Positions 49,970-59,334 are shown, counted from the whole stretch's first letter. The stretch: DNA of 62,661 bases, filler included, from Deltaproteobacteria bacterium (GCA_030698575.1; 5 parts of 5 records of this genome joined end to end with filler, not necessarily neighbours in it), one strand, 5' to 3'. Numbers and translations: made by a program. Notes: a model not told the origin generated them from the sequence alone.

Positions 49970-50701
49970 TCATTTTTTGACCGGCCGGGGCCCGAAGATG
50001 GCCGTGCCGACGCGAATCCAGGTGGCCCCTTCCTCGATGGCAACCTCGAAGTCTCCGGTCATCCCCATCGAGAGATCGCGAAAGCTGTCGTTCGCCAGCC
50101 CCTTTCGTCTGATCTCGTCGCGAAGCTCCCGGAGGGCCCGGAAGTGGGGCCGGCTGTCCTCGGGGTCGTCCGAGAGCGGCGGCACCGTCATGAGCCCCGA
50201 TAGCCGCACGTGCTTCATCTTGTCGATGGCCCGCGCCGCCGCCACCACTGCGTCGGGTGTGAAGCCGGCCTTGGAGGCCTCGCCCACGATGTTCACCTCG
50301 AGGAGGATCTGCTGCGTGATGCCCCGCGCCGCTGCGCGCTGGTCGATCTCTTTGGCAAGCGGGACCGTATCAACCGAGTGGATGAGCTCGAACGCGGGCA
50401 CGGCGAGCCGGGCCTTGTTGCGCTGGAGCTTCCCGATGAAATGCCAGGAGACCCCATCTGCTTTCGCCCCGAGCGACTCGGTGACCTGTGAGATCTTCTC
50501 GAGCCCCTCCTTGACGTAGTTCTCGCCGAAGGCGACAAGGCCCGCCCGCGCTCCTTGAACGACCTGCGCCGGGGGGATGCCCTTGGTGACCGCCAGCATC
50601 CTGATCTCCAGCGGGTGCCTGCCTGCCCGGGAAGCGGCGGCCTCCCGTCGGGCCAGGACGTCTTCGATGCGCGAGGCGATGCTGTCGGAGCTGCCGCTCA
50701 T
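49970..50701 (-). CDS. yggS: PLP homeostasis protein
   Basis: LAVTK, FGENY, WHFIG.LQRNK, LSMGMTGDF.VAIEEGAT..RVGTAIFG. Confidence 0.96.
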   Translation of the reverse strand: MSGSSDSIASRIEDVLARREAAASRAGRHPLEIRMLAVTKGIPPAQVVQGARAGLVAFGENYVKEGLEKISQVTESLGAKADGVSWHFIGKLQRNKARLAVPAFELIHSVDTVPLAKEIDQRAAARGITQQILLEVNIVGEASKAGFTPDAVVAAARAIDKMKHVRLSGLMTVPPLSDDPEDSRPHFRALRELRDEIRRKGLANDSFRDLSMGMTGDFEVAIEEGATWIRVGTAIFGPRPVKK

Positions 50702-50737
50702 TCCTTCCCCCGCAGTTTCGAACAAGGCCCGGCGTGC

Positions 50738-51364
50738 TCAGGGCGGGCCGCCCTCCGTCGCATGCACGCCGAGCAATCGCAGCGACTCGACGACCTCGCA
50801 GACGGGCAGGCCGATCACGTTCGAGTGCGATCCGCGGATGCGGCGCACCATGAAAGCCCCCGCCCCCTGGATGGCGTAGCCCCCCGCCTTGTCGAAAGGC
50901 TCACCGGTAAAAAGATAGGCTTCGATCTCATCTTCGCGAAGCGTTTTGAACTCGACCGTCGTAGCCACCACCGCCGGAGAGGCGGGCGCGAGACGCCCGC
51001 GCGCGCTCTCCCCCGGCCCGTCGATCGAAAGGAGAGCGAAGCCGGTCAGCACCTGGTGCACGCGCCCCGAGAGCTGCTGGAGCATGCGGCGAGCGTCGGC
51101 GCGGTCCGCGGGCTTGCCCAGCAGTTCGCCGTCGAGGACGACCGCTGTGTCCGCGCCGAGCACGAGCGCCGGTCCGGCGCCGCGCAGAATGCTGCCCGCC
51201 CCCCGCGCCTTCTCGACGGCCAGGCGGCGGACATAACGGCGCGGCGACTCCCCCGGCCGGGGCGTCTCATCGACCTCCGCGGCGACGATCTCCGGGTGGA
51301 GGCCCGCCTGCTCGAGCAGCTCCTTCCTCCGGGGCGATCGGGACGCAAGAACCAGGCGGGGCAT
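50738..51364 (-). CDS. maf: Maf nucleotide pyrophosphatase
   Basis: LVLASRSPRR, GADTAV, LGKP, LSGRVH, DKAGGYAIQG and NVIGLP. Confidence 0.96.
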   Translation of the reverse strand: MPRLVLASRSPRRKELLEQAGLHPEIVAAEVDETPRPGESPRRYVRRLAVEKARGAGSILRGAGPALVLGADTAVVLDGELLGKPADRADARRMLQQLSGRVHQVLTGFALLSIDGPGESARGRLAPASPAVVATTVEFKTLREDEIEAYLFTGEPFDKAGGYAIQGAGAFMVRRIRGSHSNVIGLPVCEVVESLRLLGVHATEGGPP

Positions 51365-51447
51365 GAGGCTTCCTGTACGGGGGGGGCGCGCCGCCCGAGA
51401 GTAAGCGTTCACCCGGAGCGGATCAAGGGCGCCTCGGCGCCGGGCGG

Positions 51448-51490
51448 CGTCAGAGGGTCCAGACAGCGCTTCTGTCAACGCCCCGGGACA
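51448..51490. promoter_or_regulatory. Two tandem candidate enhancer (UAS) sites, YGTC-N10-GACA
   Basis: CGTC-N10-GACA (51448-51465) and TGTC-N10-GACA (51473-51490), about 135-175 bp upstream of a sigma-54 start site. Confidence 0.5.
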
Positions 51491-51596
51491 TCAGAGCCAT
51501 CCGGGCAGCCATGCGAGAATCCATCGGGCGCGGTTTCGAAGGCCTGCCGAGCGGCTTATCCGGCGCGCGCGACTCCCGGGGAGGGGAAGCTCGCCG

Positions 51597-51613
51597 CTGG
51601 CACGCCTCTTGCT
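51597..51613 (+). promoter_or_regulatory. Sigma-54 (-24/-12) promoter
   Basis: CTGGCACGCCTCTTGCT with exact GG-N10-GC spacing. Confidence 0.82.
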
Positions 51614-51623
51614 TAATCCCTCA

Positions 51624-51824
51624 GATATGAACACGCAGCCACGAAGACGCTTTCGTCCCCACACCTCGCTCGGACCGGTTACCTCCATGGGAGTGAGGCA
51701 GCGCTTGGGTGAAGGGGTCAGGGACTAGGGTTGGCTCGGGGTGAAACAAGCAGATCCTAGCCTTCATTCAAGCGCCACAAATGCGCACCGCCCGGTTTCC
51801 TTGGGAACCGGGCGGTGTTGCTTT
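51624..51824 (+). ncRNA. Candidate sigma-54-dependent structured small RNA (about 200 nt)
   Basis: Lies between the promoter and a terminator. Stems 51641-51656, 51664-51698, and 51701-51775 (15-bp helix, bulge, about 11-bp helix, with several G-U pairs that form only on the + strand). Confidence 0.6.
51786..51824 (+). terminator. Intrinsic terminator (possibly bidirectional)
   Basis: 14-bp stem CACCGCCCGGTTTC/GGAACCGGGCGGTG with CTTG loop, then TTGCTTT. Confidence 0.7.
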
Positions 51825-51863
51825 CGTGGCGCGCGCACCGGACGGGCGCCGGAGGGACGCAGT

Positions 51864-53465
51864 TCAGGGGACTGCCGGCGCCGGCTGCGCGCCCGCTCCC
51901 GCGTCGGGCGCCGAAGATGAGCGGACGATCAGAAGGCTGCCGGCCATGCGATCGCATTCGGCCTGTATCTGGTCGAACCCCGGCCCCGTGGCCGCGCAGG
52001 AGAACTGGTAGCCGCGTTCCTCGTCGTGGAGCGAGAGAAGCACCTGCCCCGTCACACCGCCGCGTAATTGCGATGAGAGAACGATTCGCCTTCCCATGAG
52101 ATCTCCAATCGCGACGTCCTCGACGCTCTGTATCGTCCGCTGATCGCCTTCTATCTTGTCGAAGCGGCGGTTCATGCGATCGACGTCCTCCGGCCGGGCC
52201 GTGCTGACACGAAGCGTGCCCGCCGGATTCTCGCGGCTCCCCTGGAGGAGAAGCCCGAGCCTCTCGTCCGGACCGGCCTTGACCGAAGTCACGGTCCAGC
52301 GCGGCTCCACCTGAATGCTCACGAGGCCGTCCTCGGCGTATATCCGCAGGTCTTCCGCCGTCGCGGGAGGCGCCGGCGCGGCGACGGGGGGCGGGGCCGG
52401 CGGCTTTTCAATGTACTGTGAGAAGGGCCCCCAGGACTCCAGTCGGGGGACAACGATCAATGTCGCGAGCGCGATGGCCGAGAGACAGGCCCAGCCGATA
52501 ATCCATCCGGCCCAGAGCGCGGCGCGCTCACCACCCCCTCCGAAGCGCGAGGCGATGTCGGGGCGTGACAGGTAGCTCCACTGGACGACGAGGTAGGCCC
52601 CAAGCGCGCCGAAGGCGAGCACCGCGAGAACCGGCGGCTCCAGAAGCACGCCGATGCCTCGCGTCCCGGGATCGAGCGAGAAGGGTGTGCCGCGCGCAAG
52701 TAGCAGCGCCGTAACGCCCGACCAGATTACGAGAAGAAAGAGCAGCTCCAGCCCAGCCCAGGCCGTGGTGTGCGTGCGCCCCCAGGCCTGGCCTCTGAGC
52801 AGGCCGACGGCGGCCACAAGGCCCAGCGGGTTCGGGGGAAGGGCGAGCGATAGCAGGAGGTTCACGACGCCGAAGGCGCGCACGCCGGCGGGGAGCGCCG
52901 CGGGCCGATGAACCGTTTCGGTCTCCGCGTCCGTCCCGGTGGCTTCTTCGGGCCAGGGCTGGGCCAGTAACTCGGCCGCCGCCGTGCCGGATACAGCGGT
53001 TGCGCCGATCGTCGGCGCCTCGGCTTTCTCCTCGCTCTCTTCCGCCTCATCTCTCGCCCGCGTGAAGAGATCGCGCGTCAGCGGATGGGTGTCGGCGCGG
53101 AGGGCCTCCTTCCCGGGGACGAAAACCAGGTTGTCCGGCCAGATCCGCCCCTCGAAGATCCACTCGTGCACCTCATCGAGATCGCGTGCCGCAAGCAGCC
53201 CCTCCTCCGCCAGCAGATGGAGAACGCCTTCGGATTCGGCGCCCGCAGCGGCGCCGCCGCCGTCATCCGGATCGCCTGGGGCTTCACGGGGACTTTCAGG
53301 AAGCGTGGCTTCCGGCGCGGCCTCCGCCGCCTGTTCGGAAGTGGGTGCAGCTTGAACGGGGATGCGGGCTTTGCAACCCGGACAGCGGACGTAACCTCCG
53401 CCGCGCGGAATCCGCCCGGGGTCCGTCCTGTAGCGTTTGCCGCATTCGAGGCAGGCGAGGATCAA
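51864..53465 (-). CDS. Zinc-ribbon (MJ0042-type) membrane protein with GYF_2-like segment
   Basis: N-terminal CLEC-x19-CPGC, WIFEGRIWPDNLV, about 4 TMs, Pro-rich linker and a soluble C-terminal domain. Confidence 0.75.
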   Translation of the reverse strand: MILACLECGKRYRTDPGRIPRGGGYVRCPGCKARIPVQAAPTSEQAAEAAPEATLPESPREAPGDPDDGGGAAAGAESEGVLHLLAEEGLLAARDLDEVHEWIFEGRIWPDNLVFVPGKEALRADTHPLTRDLFTRARDEAEESEEKAEAPTIGATAVSGTAAAELLAQPWPEEATGTDAETETVHRPAALPAGVRAFGVVNLLLSLALPPNPLGLVAAVGLLRGQAWGRTHTTAWAGLELLFLLVIWSGVTALLLARGTPFSLDPGTRGIGVLLEPPVLAVLAFGALGAYLVVQWSYLSRPDIASRFGGGGERAALWAGWIIGWACLSAIALATLIVVPRLESWGPFSQYIEKPPAPPPVAAPAPPATAEDLRIYAEDGLVSIQVEPRWTVTSVKAGPDERLGLLLQGSRENPAGTLRVSTARPEDVDRMNRRFDKIEGDQRTIQSVEDVAIGDLMGRRIVLSSQLRGGVTGQVLLSLHDEERGYQFSCAATGPGFDQIQAECDRMAGSLLIVRSSSAPDAGAGAQPAPAVP

Positions 53466-53662
53466 GGGCAGTCCTGTTCGATGTGTTTCAGAAGTTCTGA
53501 CGCGAGCGACACGGTTCTATGTCTGGTGGCCGCGCGGCCGAAAAGGCAGGCGCCATGCGGCGGTTTTAGCTTAAAGGGGCTCCGGAGCGCAACCGATAAG
53601 AACCCGAGGCCCGGGCGACCCGCCCGGCGCGCCGTCTTCGCGACCGCATACCTGCTACAACC

Positions 53663-54715
53663 ATGCCGAGCCATGAAATGAAACAGAACGCGCTGCTCGA
53701 ACAACTCGAGCGAAAGATCAGCGAGCTGTCCGTGTTCATGGAGATCAGCAAGACGCTCACCTCGACACTCGACGTGAAGGAAGTGCTGAAGGTCGTGATG
53801 TCGAAGGTGAGCGAACTGCTCGAGCCCAGGAGCTGGTCGCTGATGCTCCTCGACGAGGAGACCGAGGATCTGTTCGTTGAAATCGTCGTGGGTCGGCCAG
53901 CAGGAACGGCCAAGCGGCGCCGGATACCGCTCGGCGAGGGGATCGAGGGCTGGGTGGCCCTGCAGGGGCGCCCTGTTCTCGCGAACGCGAATTCCGATCT
54001 CACACGGCTCGGGATTTGCGATAAGAGCCTGTTCAAGACAGCTGCGAGCATTCTCTGCGTGCCGCTTCGCTTCAAGGGGAAGACCCTCGGCGTCATCGAG
54101 ATCACGGATCGCCACGACGGCCGCCCGTTCACCGATGAAGATCTCGGAATACTCGGGACACTGGCGGACTACGCCGCCATAGCCATCGAGAACGCCAAAA
54201 ACTTCCAGCGGGTGGAAGAGCTGACTGTCACGGACGATCTCACGGGCCTCTACAATTCGCGCCACCTGCACCAGCTCCTCGAATTCGAGATCATTCGTTC
54301 GCGGCGCCACGGGCTCGAGTTTTCGCTGATCTTCCTTGATCTCGACTTGTTCAAGCGGGTGAATGACCAATACGGCCACCTCATCGGATCCCGCCTGCTC
54401 AAGGAAGTGGCCGGCGTTATCGCCGACTCGCTCCGGAAGCTCGACGTGGCGACCCGTTACGGAGGCGACGAGTTCGTCCTTCTGCTTCCCCAGACTCCCA
54501 AAGATGAGGCCTTCAAGGTGGCGGGCCGAATCCGGGAAAGGCTCGCGAGCGCCACGTTCCTGCATGCCGAGGGCCTCAGCGTGAAGATCACTGCCAGCTT
54601 CGGCGTCACCTGTTTCCCCACCGACGCCACCCACAAGGAAGACATCATCCGTCTCGCCGATCAAGCGATGTACCGCGTGAAGGGCTCGACCCGGAACGAC
54701 GTCGCGCTGGCCTGA
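53663..54715 (+). CDS. GAF-domain diguanylate cyclase
   Basis: GAF (GEGIEGWVA, SILCVPL, AIAIENA), DDLTGLYN, DLDLFKRVND, I-site RKLD and RYGGDEF. Confidence 0.95.
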   Translation: MPSHEMKQNALLEQLERKISELSVFMEISKTLTSTLDVKEVLKVVMSKVSELLEPRSWSLMLLDEETEDLFVEIVVGRPAGTAKRRRIPLGEGIEGWVALQGRPVLANANSDLTRLGICDKSLFKTAASILCVPLRFKGKTLGVIEITDRHDGRPFTDEDLGILGTLADYAAIAIENAKNFQRVEELTVTDDLTGLYNSRHLHQLLEFEIIRSRRHGLEFSLIFLDLDLFKRVNDQYGHLIGSRLLKEVAGVIADSLRKLDVATRYGGDEFVLLLPQTPKDEAFKVAGRIRERLASATFLHAEGLSVKITASFGVTCFPTDATHKEDIIRLADQAMYRVKGSTRNDVALA

Positions 54716-54816
54716 GCCCCCGCCCTCGGCACCGGCCGTGCCCTCTGGCATCCTGAAGGCCTTTCGGGCAAACTCATCGCCGGTGAACCGGGGCCCCCGG
54801 CGTTCGCCTCGCCGCA

Positions 54817-55392
54817 TTGCTCAGCGCAAATGCTCACAGCCGGGTGCCCGAGAACCGTTCGGGGGCCGGAATCTTCCGCCAACTGACCCAGCGTGCTGGT
54901 TTCATCCTCATCATGCTTGCCACGATCGCCGGTTGCGCTCATGGCAAGATGAGGAATGGGGATTACTACGCGGAGAAGGACAGCTACCGGATCACGACTC
55001 CGGGCGAGCCCTGGAAGCGGGTTTCCATCAAGGGTGTCGATCTCGTTCTTGCCTACGAGGATCACGGCGCAAGCATCCTGACGAGCACGCTCTGCGGCCG
55101 CTACACCCAGGCGGGTCTGGACATCCTGTCGCGAAACCTCTTCATCGGCATCGGCAAGCGCTCCATCATCGAGGAAGAATCGGTCGAACTGCCGGCCGGG
55201 AAGGCCGAGCGGATGCGGATCGATGCGCGGCTGGACGGGGCCGATCTCAGCGCCGAGGCCTACACGCTTCGCCGTAACCCCTGCGTGTATGATTTCGTCT
55301 ACATGTCCATTCCGGATCACTTCGACGAGCATCTGCCCGCCTTCAGGCGCATGATGGACAGCCTTCGCTTCGGGACGGGAGGCGGGCAATGA
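54817..55392 (+). CDS. Hypothetical lipoprotein
   Basis: Hydrophobic stretch with lipobox IAGC; stop overlaps the mlaE start (ATGA); start uncertain. Confidence 0.7.
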   Translation: MLSANAHSRVPENRSGAGIFRQLTQRAGFILIMLATIAGCAHGKMRNGDYYAEKDSYRITTPGEPWKRVSIKGVDLVLAYEDHGASILTSTLCGRYTQAGLDILSRNLFIGIGKRSIIEEESVELPAGKAERMRIDARLDGADLSAEAYTLRRNPCVYDFVYMSIPDHFDEHLPAFRRMMDSLRFGTGGGQ

Positions 55393-56174
55393 CCGCGTTG
55401 CAGGGCGCCCTCCGGATGATGACGGACGCGAGCCGCCGCTTTCTCTCGGATATCGGCGGGCTCACCTACCTCTGCGTTGAAACAGCGGCCGCGGCGCTCA
55501 AACCGCCCCTGCAGATCCGTGAAACGATCCGCCAGATGGACGAGATCGGCACCAAGTCGCTTTCCATCGTTTCGATTACCGCGCTTTTTACCGGAATGGT
55601 GCTGGCGCTGCAGACCGCGGTGGGCCTCACGCGTTTCGGCGCCAAACTCTACGTCGGAAGCATCGTGTCAATGGCGATGGTGCGCGAGCTGGGACCGACG
55701 CTGACGGCCGTCATTCTCGCGGGCCGTGTGGGCGCCGGCATCACCGCGGAACTCGGCTCGATGGCCGTGACCGAGCAGGTCGACGCGCTTCGCTCAATCG
55801 GCGCCAGCCCGGTCCAGAAGCTCGTCGTGCCGCGCGTGCTCGCCTGCATCCTCGTCCTCCCTGCCCTGACGGTCCTGGCGGATGCCCTCGGAATCTTCGG
55901 CGGCATGGTGATTGGGACTTCCGAGCTGCACGTCAACTGGCACTTCTACCTGAGGACGGTGCGCGACACGCTCGTTATTCAGGACGTGATGAGCGGCATC
56001 GGGAAGTCGCCTTTCTTCGGCTTCATCATCGGCACGATCGCCTGCTACAACGGGCTTTCGACGAGAGGCGGCACCCAGGGGGTGGGGCGCGCCACGACCA
56101 AGACCGTGGTGTCGGCGTCGATCGCGATTCTCGTCTCCGACTTCTTCCTGACGAAGCTTTTCCTCTTGCTGTAG
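55389..56174 (+). CDS. mlaE: MlaE-family ABC permease
   Basis: VRELGP, GRVGAGITAELGSMAVTEQVDAL, VVPRV and GVGRATT. Confidence 0.95.
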   Translation: MTALQGALRMMTDASRRFLSDIGGLTYLCVETAAAALKPPLQIRETIRQMDEIGTKSLSIVSITALFTGMVLALQTAVGLTRFGAKLYVGSIVSMAMVRELGPTLTAVILAGRVGAGITAELGSMAVTEQVDALRSIGASPVQKLVVPRVLACILVLPALTVLADALGIFGGMVIGTSELHVNWHFYLRTVRDTLVIQDVMSGIGKSPFFGFIIGTIACYNGLSTRGGTQGVGRATTKTVVSASIAILVSDFFLTKLFLLL

Positions 56175-56188
56175 GAAGGGGGTAGCCC

Positions 56189-56989
56189 TTGGGCTCACGG
56201 GGAAACGGCAGCGAGTCAGACGTCATGATCGCCATTCGCGGTCTGCGAATCGGCTTCGACGAGCTGAAGGTGCTTCGCGGGATAGACCTCGAGGTCCGCA
56301 GGGGTGAAACGCTCTGCGTCCTGGGCGGGAGCGGCTGCGGAAAATCGGTGATGCTGAAGTGCATCGCGGGGCTATACACCCCCGACGCGGGCGAGATACG
56401 CATCGAGGGGGAGAACATCGTGGGCATGAGCGAGCGCGACCTGGTCGATGTGCGGAAGAAGATTGGCTTTGTCTTCCAGAATTCGGCGCTCTTCGACTCT
56501 CTCACCGTCTTTGAAAACGTGGCTTACCCGGTGCGCGAGCATCGGAAGATTGCCGACGAGGCTCTCGCCCGGATCGTCGCGGAACGCCTCGCACTCGTGG
56601 GGCTGGAAGGAACGGAGGAGAAATATCCGGCCGAGCTGTCCGGCGGCATGCGCAAGCGGGTGGCCTTCGCGCGCGCTGTGGCGTCCGATCCAGCCATCGT
56701 GCTCTACGACGAGCCGACGACCGGGCTCGACCCGCAGAACGCCCGGCGCATCGACCTGCTCATCCGAGAGCTTCAGGCGATGCTCGGCGTCACCGGGATC
56801 GTGGTGACCCACGACATCAGCTCGGCCTTTGCCGTGGCGGATCATCTAGCCCTCATGGTCGAGGGCAGGATCGGGGTCCATGGAACGCCCGACGAATTTC
56901 GTTCATCGGCGGAGCCCACGGTCAGGGAGTTTCTCAGCGCAAGGCCCGTGCCGCCGGCCGAGCCGGCGCAAAGCGGAGGTGCAACATGA
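56189..56989 (+). CDS. mlaF: MlaF-family ABC ATPase
   Basis: GGSGCGKS, FQNSALFDS, LSGGMRKRV, YDEPTTGLDP and VTHD. Confidence 0.93.
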   Translation: MGSRGNGSESDVMIAIRGLRIGFDELKVLRGIDLEVRRGETLCVLGGSGCGKSVMLKCIAGLYTPDAGEIRIEGENIVGMSERDLVDVRKKIGFVFQNSALFDSLTVFENVAYPVREHRKIADEALARIVAERLALVGLEGTEEKYPAELSGGMRKRVAFARAVASDPAIVLYDEPTTGLDPQNARRIDLLIRELQAMLGVTGIVVTHDISSAFAVADHLALMVEGRIGVHGTPDEFRSSAEPTVREFLSARPVPPAEPAQSGGAT

Positions 56990-58044
56990 GTCAGCCCGTT
57001 CGCGCGATGAGAGTGGGTTTCCTCGTCGCCCTGGCGCTGGTCGTCTTCGGCGCCCTCGTTACGTCACTGTCGAGCCAGAGCGGGCTCTTCCGGGACACCT
57101 ACTCCATCAAGACCTCCTTCAGCAGCGTCCAGGGGCTGGTGGAGGGCGCTCCGGTTCGCCTCCAGGGGCGCGACATCGGGCTGGTGAGTAACATTTACTT
57201 CACGCCGGGCTTCGGCGAGAAGCCGGTGGAGGTGGTGCTGGACATCGACCGGAGCGTGCAGTCCCGGATTCGCGAGAACTCCACGGCGGCCATCCGAACG
57301 ATGGGGCTACTCGGCGACAAGTACATCGAGTTGAGTCACGGCAGCCCGCCTGCGCCCATCATCAGTGAGGACGGGACTGTTGTCAGCTCAGCTCCGCCCG
57401 ATCTCTATGCCGTCATGGAGAAAGGGGACGAGATCCTGACCAACATCGTGAAGATCTCAAGCTCCCTCGACACCTTCACGGCCGAGTTCGCGAGCGAGGA
57501 GAACCGCGAGAACTTTTCCCAGACCTTCAAATCCATGCGCAACATCGTCGAGGGGGTCGAGAAGGGCGACGGGCTCATGCACGGCCTCATCTACGAGCCG
57601 ACGCCCGGCGACGCGCTCGACAACTTCACCGAGGCCCTCGCCGATCTCAGGCGGATAGTCGGCGACGCGCGCGAGGGGAAGGGTGAGATAGGGAGCTCTC
57701 TCAAGTCCCTTTCCACGTCGGCGGATAACCTGGAAGACATAACCGCGCGGCTGCGTTCGGGCCCTGGCATGCTGCACGAGGCCATTTACGCCAAGGGCGA
57801 TCGGAGCCTGGTCAAGAACCTGAACAGCGCGGCGTTGCGGTTGAACAACGTGCTCACGAAGATCGACGAAGGGGAGGGGACCTTCGGGGCCTTCCTGAAT
57901 GACCCCACTCTCTACGAGGACATGAAGATCATCACGGGCGGTGCGAAGCGAAGCGGGAGAGTGAAGCGGGTCGTCGAGTACACGATCAAGAAGTACAAGA
58001 AGGAGGATGAGGCGGAGCCTGCCGTAAAAACCGAGAAGCCCTGA
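56986..58044 (+). CDS. mlaD: MlaD/MCE-domain protein with helical extension
   Basis: N-terminal TM, GLVEGAPV, GLLGDKYIEL and GEGTFGAFLNDPTLY. Confidence 0.92.
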   Translation: MSQPVRAMRVGFLVALALVVFGALVTSLSSQSGLFRDTYSIKTSFSSVQGLVEGAPVRLQGRDIGLVSNIYFTPGFGEKPVEVVLDIDRSVQSRIRENSTAAIRTMGLLGDKYIELSHGSPPAPIISEDGTVVSSAPPDLYAVMEKGDEILTNIVKISSSLDTFTAEFASEENRENFSQTFKSMRNIVEGVEKGDGLMHGLIYEPTPGDALDNFTEALADLRRIVGDAREGKGEIGSSLKSLSTSADNLEDITARLRSGPGMLHEAIYAKGDRSLVKNLNSAALRLNNVLTKIDEGEGTFGAFLNDPTLYEDMKIITGGAKRSGRVKRVVEYTIKKYKKEDEAEPAVKTEKP

Positions 58045-58053
58045 GCGGGCCCC

Positions 58054-59334
58054 TTAGACGATCTCCCGACTCGCGGCATGGGCCAGCGCCCGATCGCGGT
58101 CGGCCCCGATGTGGCGCGCTCCGAGCTGCAGGGTAAGGGCGCCGAGAATTCCCATGGCCGGACAGATCAGCATCGCCGTTCGCAACTCCCCCGCAAGATC
58201 ACTCAGGAGGCCCACAATGAAGGGGCCGAGCGCGAAGCCGAGAATGTTGATGAAGAAGAAGTAGACGGCGATCGCGATCCCCCGGTGCCGCGGCTCCACC
58301 ACATCGTGGACGGTGGAGGTTCCCGGGGCGAACCACATCGAACTGATCATCGAGGTCAGCCAGAAGCAGGCAACGAAGGCGCCGAGACGCTCGATGAAGA
58401 GCGTGGCCACGGTGAACGGCGCCGCCGCGAGAGCCCCCATCAGGATGAGACGCATCCGGCCGTCCACCCGCCGTCGCGCGAACAGATCCGCCAGCCAGCC
58501 GCCCATCATCACGCCAAGAAGGCCCGCCGTCGCGAACACCAGCCCCGCGAGACCGCCCGCCTGCGCCAGCGAGAGGTCGTGGTATCTTTGAAGGAAGCTG
58601 GGCATCCAGATTGAAAATCCGGCGATCGCGAAGACGATGAAGGAAACGCCGACGCAGTGGTAGCGAAGCGTCGGTGTGCGGAAGAGAATCTCCTTCATGC
58701 GGCCTGCCGCGCCGGGGCGCATCACGTCCTCCACCAACGTGCCCTCGGCGCCCCCACGCTGAGGCTCGCGCAGGAACCAGGCCAGCACCGCCAGCAGGAG
58801 CCCCGGACCGCCGAGCAGGAAGAACGCGATGCGCCAGTCGTATTTCTGGGCGACGAAACCGCCGACGAGCACCCCGAGGCCGGCGCCGATTGGCACGCCG
58901 GATGCGTAGACCGCCTGCGCCAGGGATCGGCGCGCGGGCGGGAACAGATCGCTGATGATCGCGAGCGCGGCGGGGCCGAAGGCCGCCTCTCCCACGCCCA
59001 CTCCGATCCGCGCCCCGAGCAACTGGCCGAAGTTGCGGGCCACGCCCGACAGCACGGTCATGGCGCTCCAGGCCGCAAGGCCCAGCGCGATGAGCTTTCG
59101 CCGGCTCCAGACGTCGGCGAGTCGCCCGAAGGGGATGCCCAGCACGGCGTAGAAAACCGCGAAGGCGGCGCCGGCCATGAAGCCGAGCTGGCCGTCCGAA
59201 AGTCCGAGGTCCGCCTTGATGGGCTCGAACAGGATCGTGATCGCCTGCCGGTCGACGAAGTTGAAGATGTTCATGATGGCAAGGAGCCCGAGCGTGTACC
59301 GCGCGTACGCTCGGGACGGCGTGGGGTGGTTCAT
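58054..59334 (-). CDS. MFS transporter (spinster-like)
   Basis: NFVDRQ, GRLADVWSRR, RIGVGVGEA and about 12 TMs; real start ATG 59334 (track ORF is over-extended). Confidence 0.92.
   Translation of the reverse strand: MNHPTPSRAYARYTLGLLAIMNIFNFVDRQAITILFEPIKADLGLSDGQLGFMAGAAFAVFYAVLGIPFGRLADVWSRRKLIALGLAAWSAMTVLSGVARNFGQLLGARIGVGVGEAAFGPAALAIISDLFPPARRSLAQAVYASGVPIGAGLGVLVGGFVAQKYDWRIAFFLLGGPGLLLAVLAWFLREPQRGGAEGTLVEDVMRPGAAGRMKEILFRTPTLRYHCVGVSFIVFAIAGFSIWMPSFLQRYHDLSLAQAGGLAGLVFATAGLLGVMMGGWLADLFARRRVDGRMRLILMGALAAAPFTVATLFIERLGAFVACFWLTSMISSMWFAPGTSTVHDVVEPRHRGIAIAVYFFFINILGFALGPFIVGLLSDLAGELRTAMLICPAMGILGALTLQLGARHIGADRDRALAHAASREIV

Noticed and set aside
51716-51753. GGTCAGG...AAGCAG resembling SRP RNA domain IV
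   Set aside because: The two motifs are too far apart and the short GNRA-capped stem is absent; the overall fold is also not a 6S-type single rod
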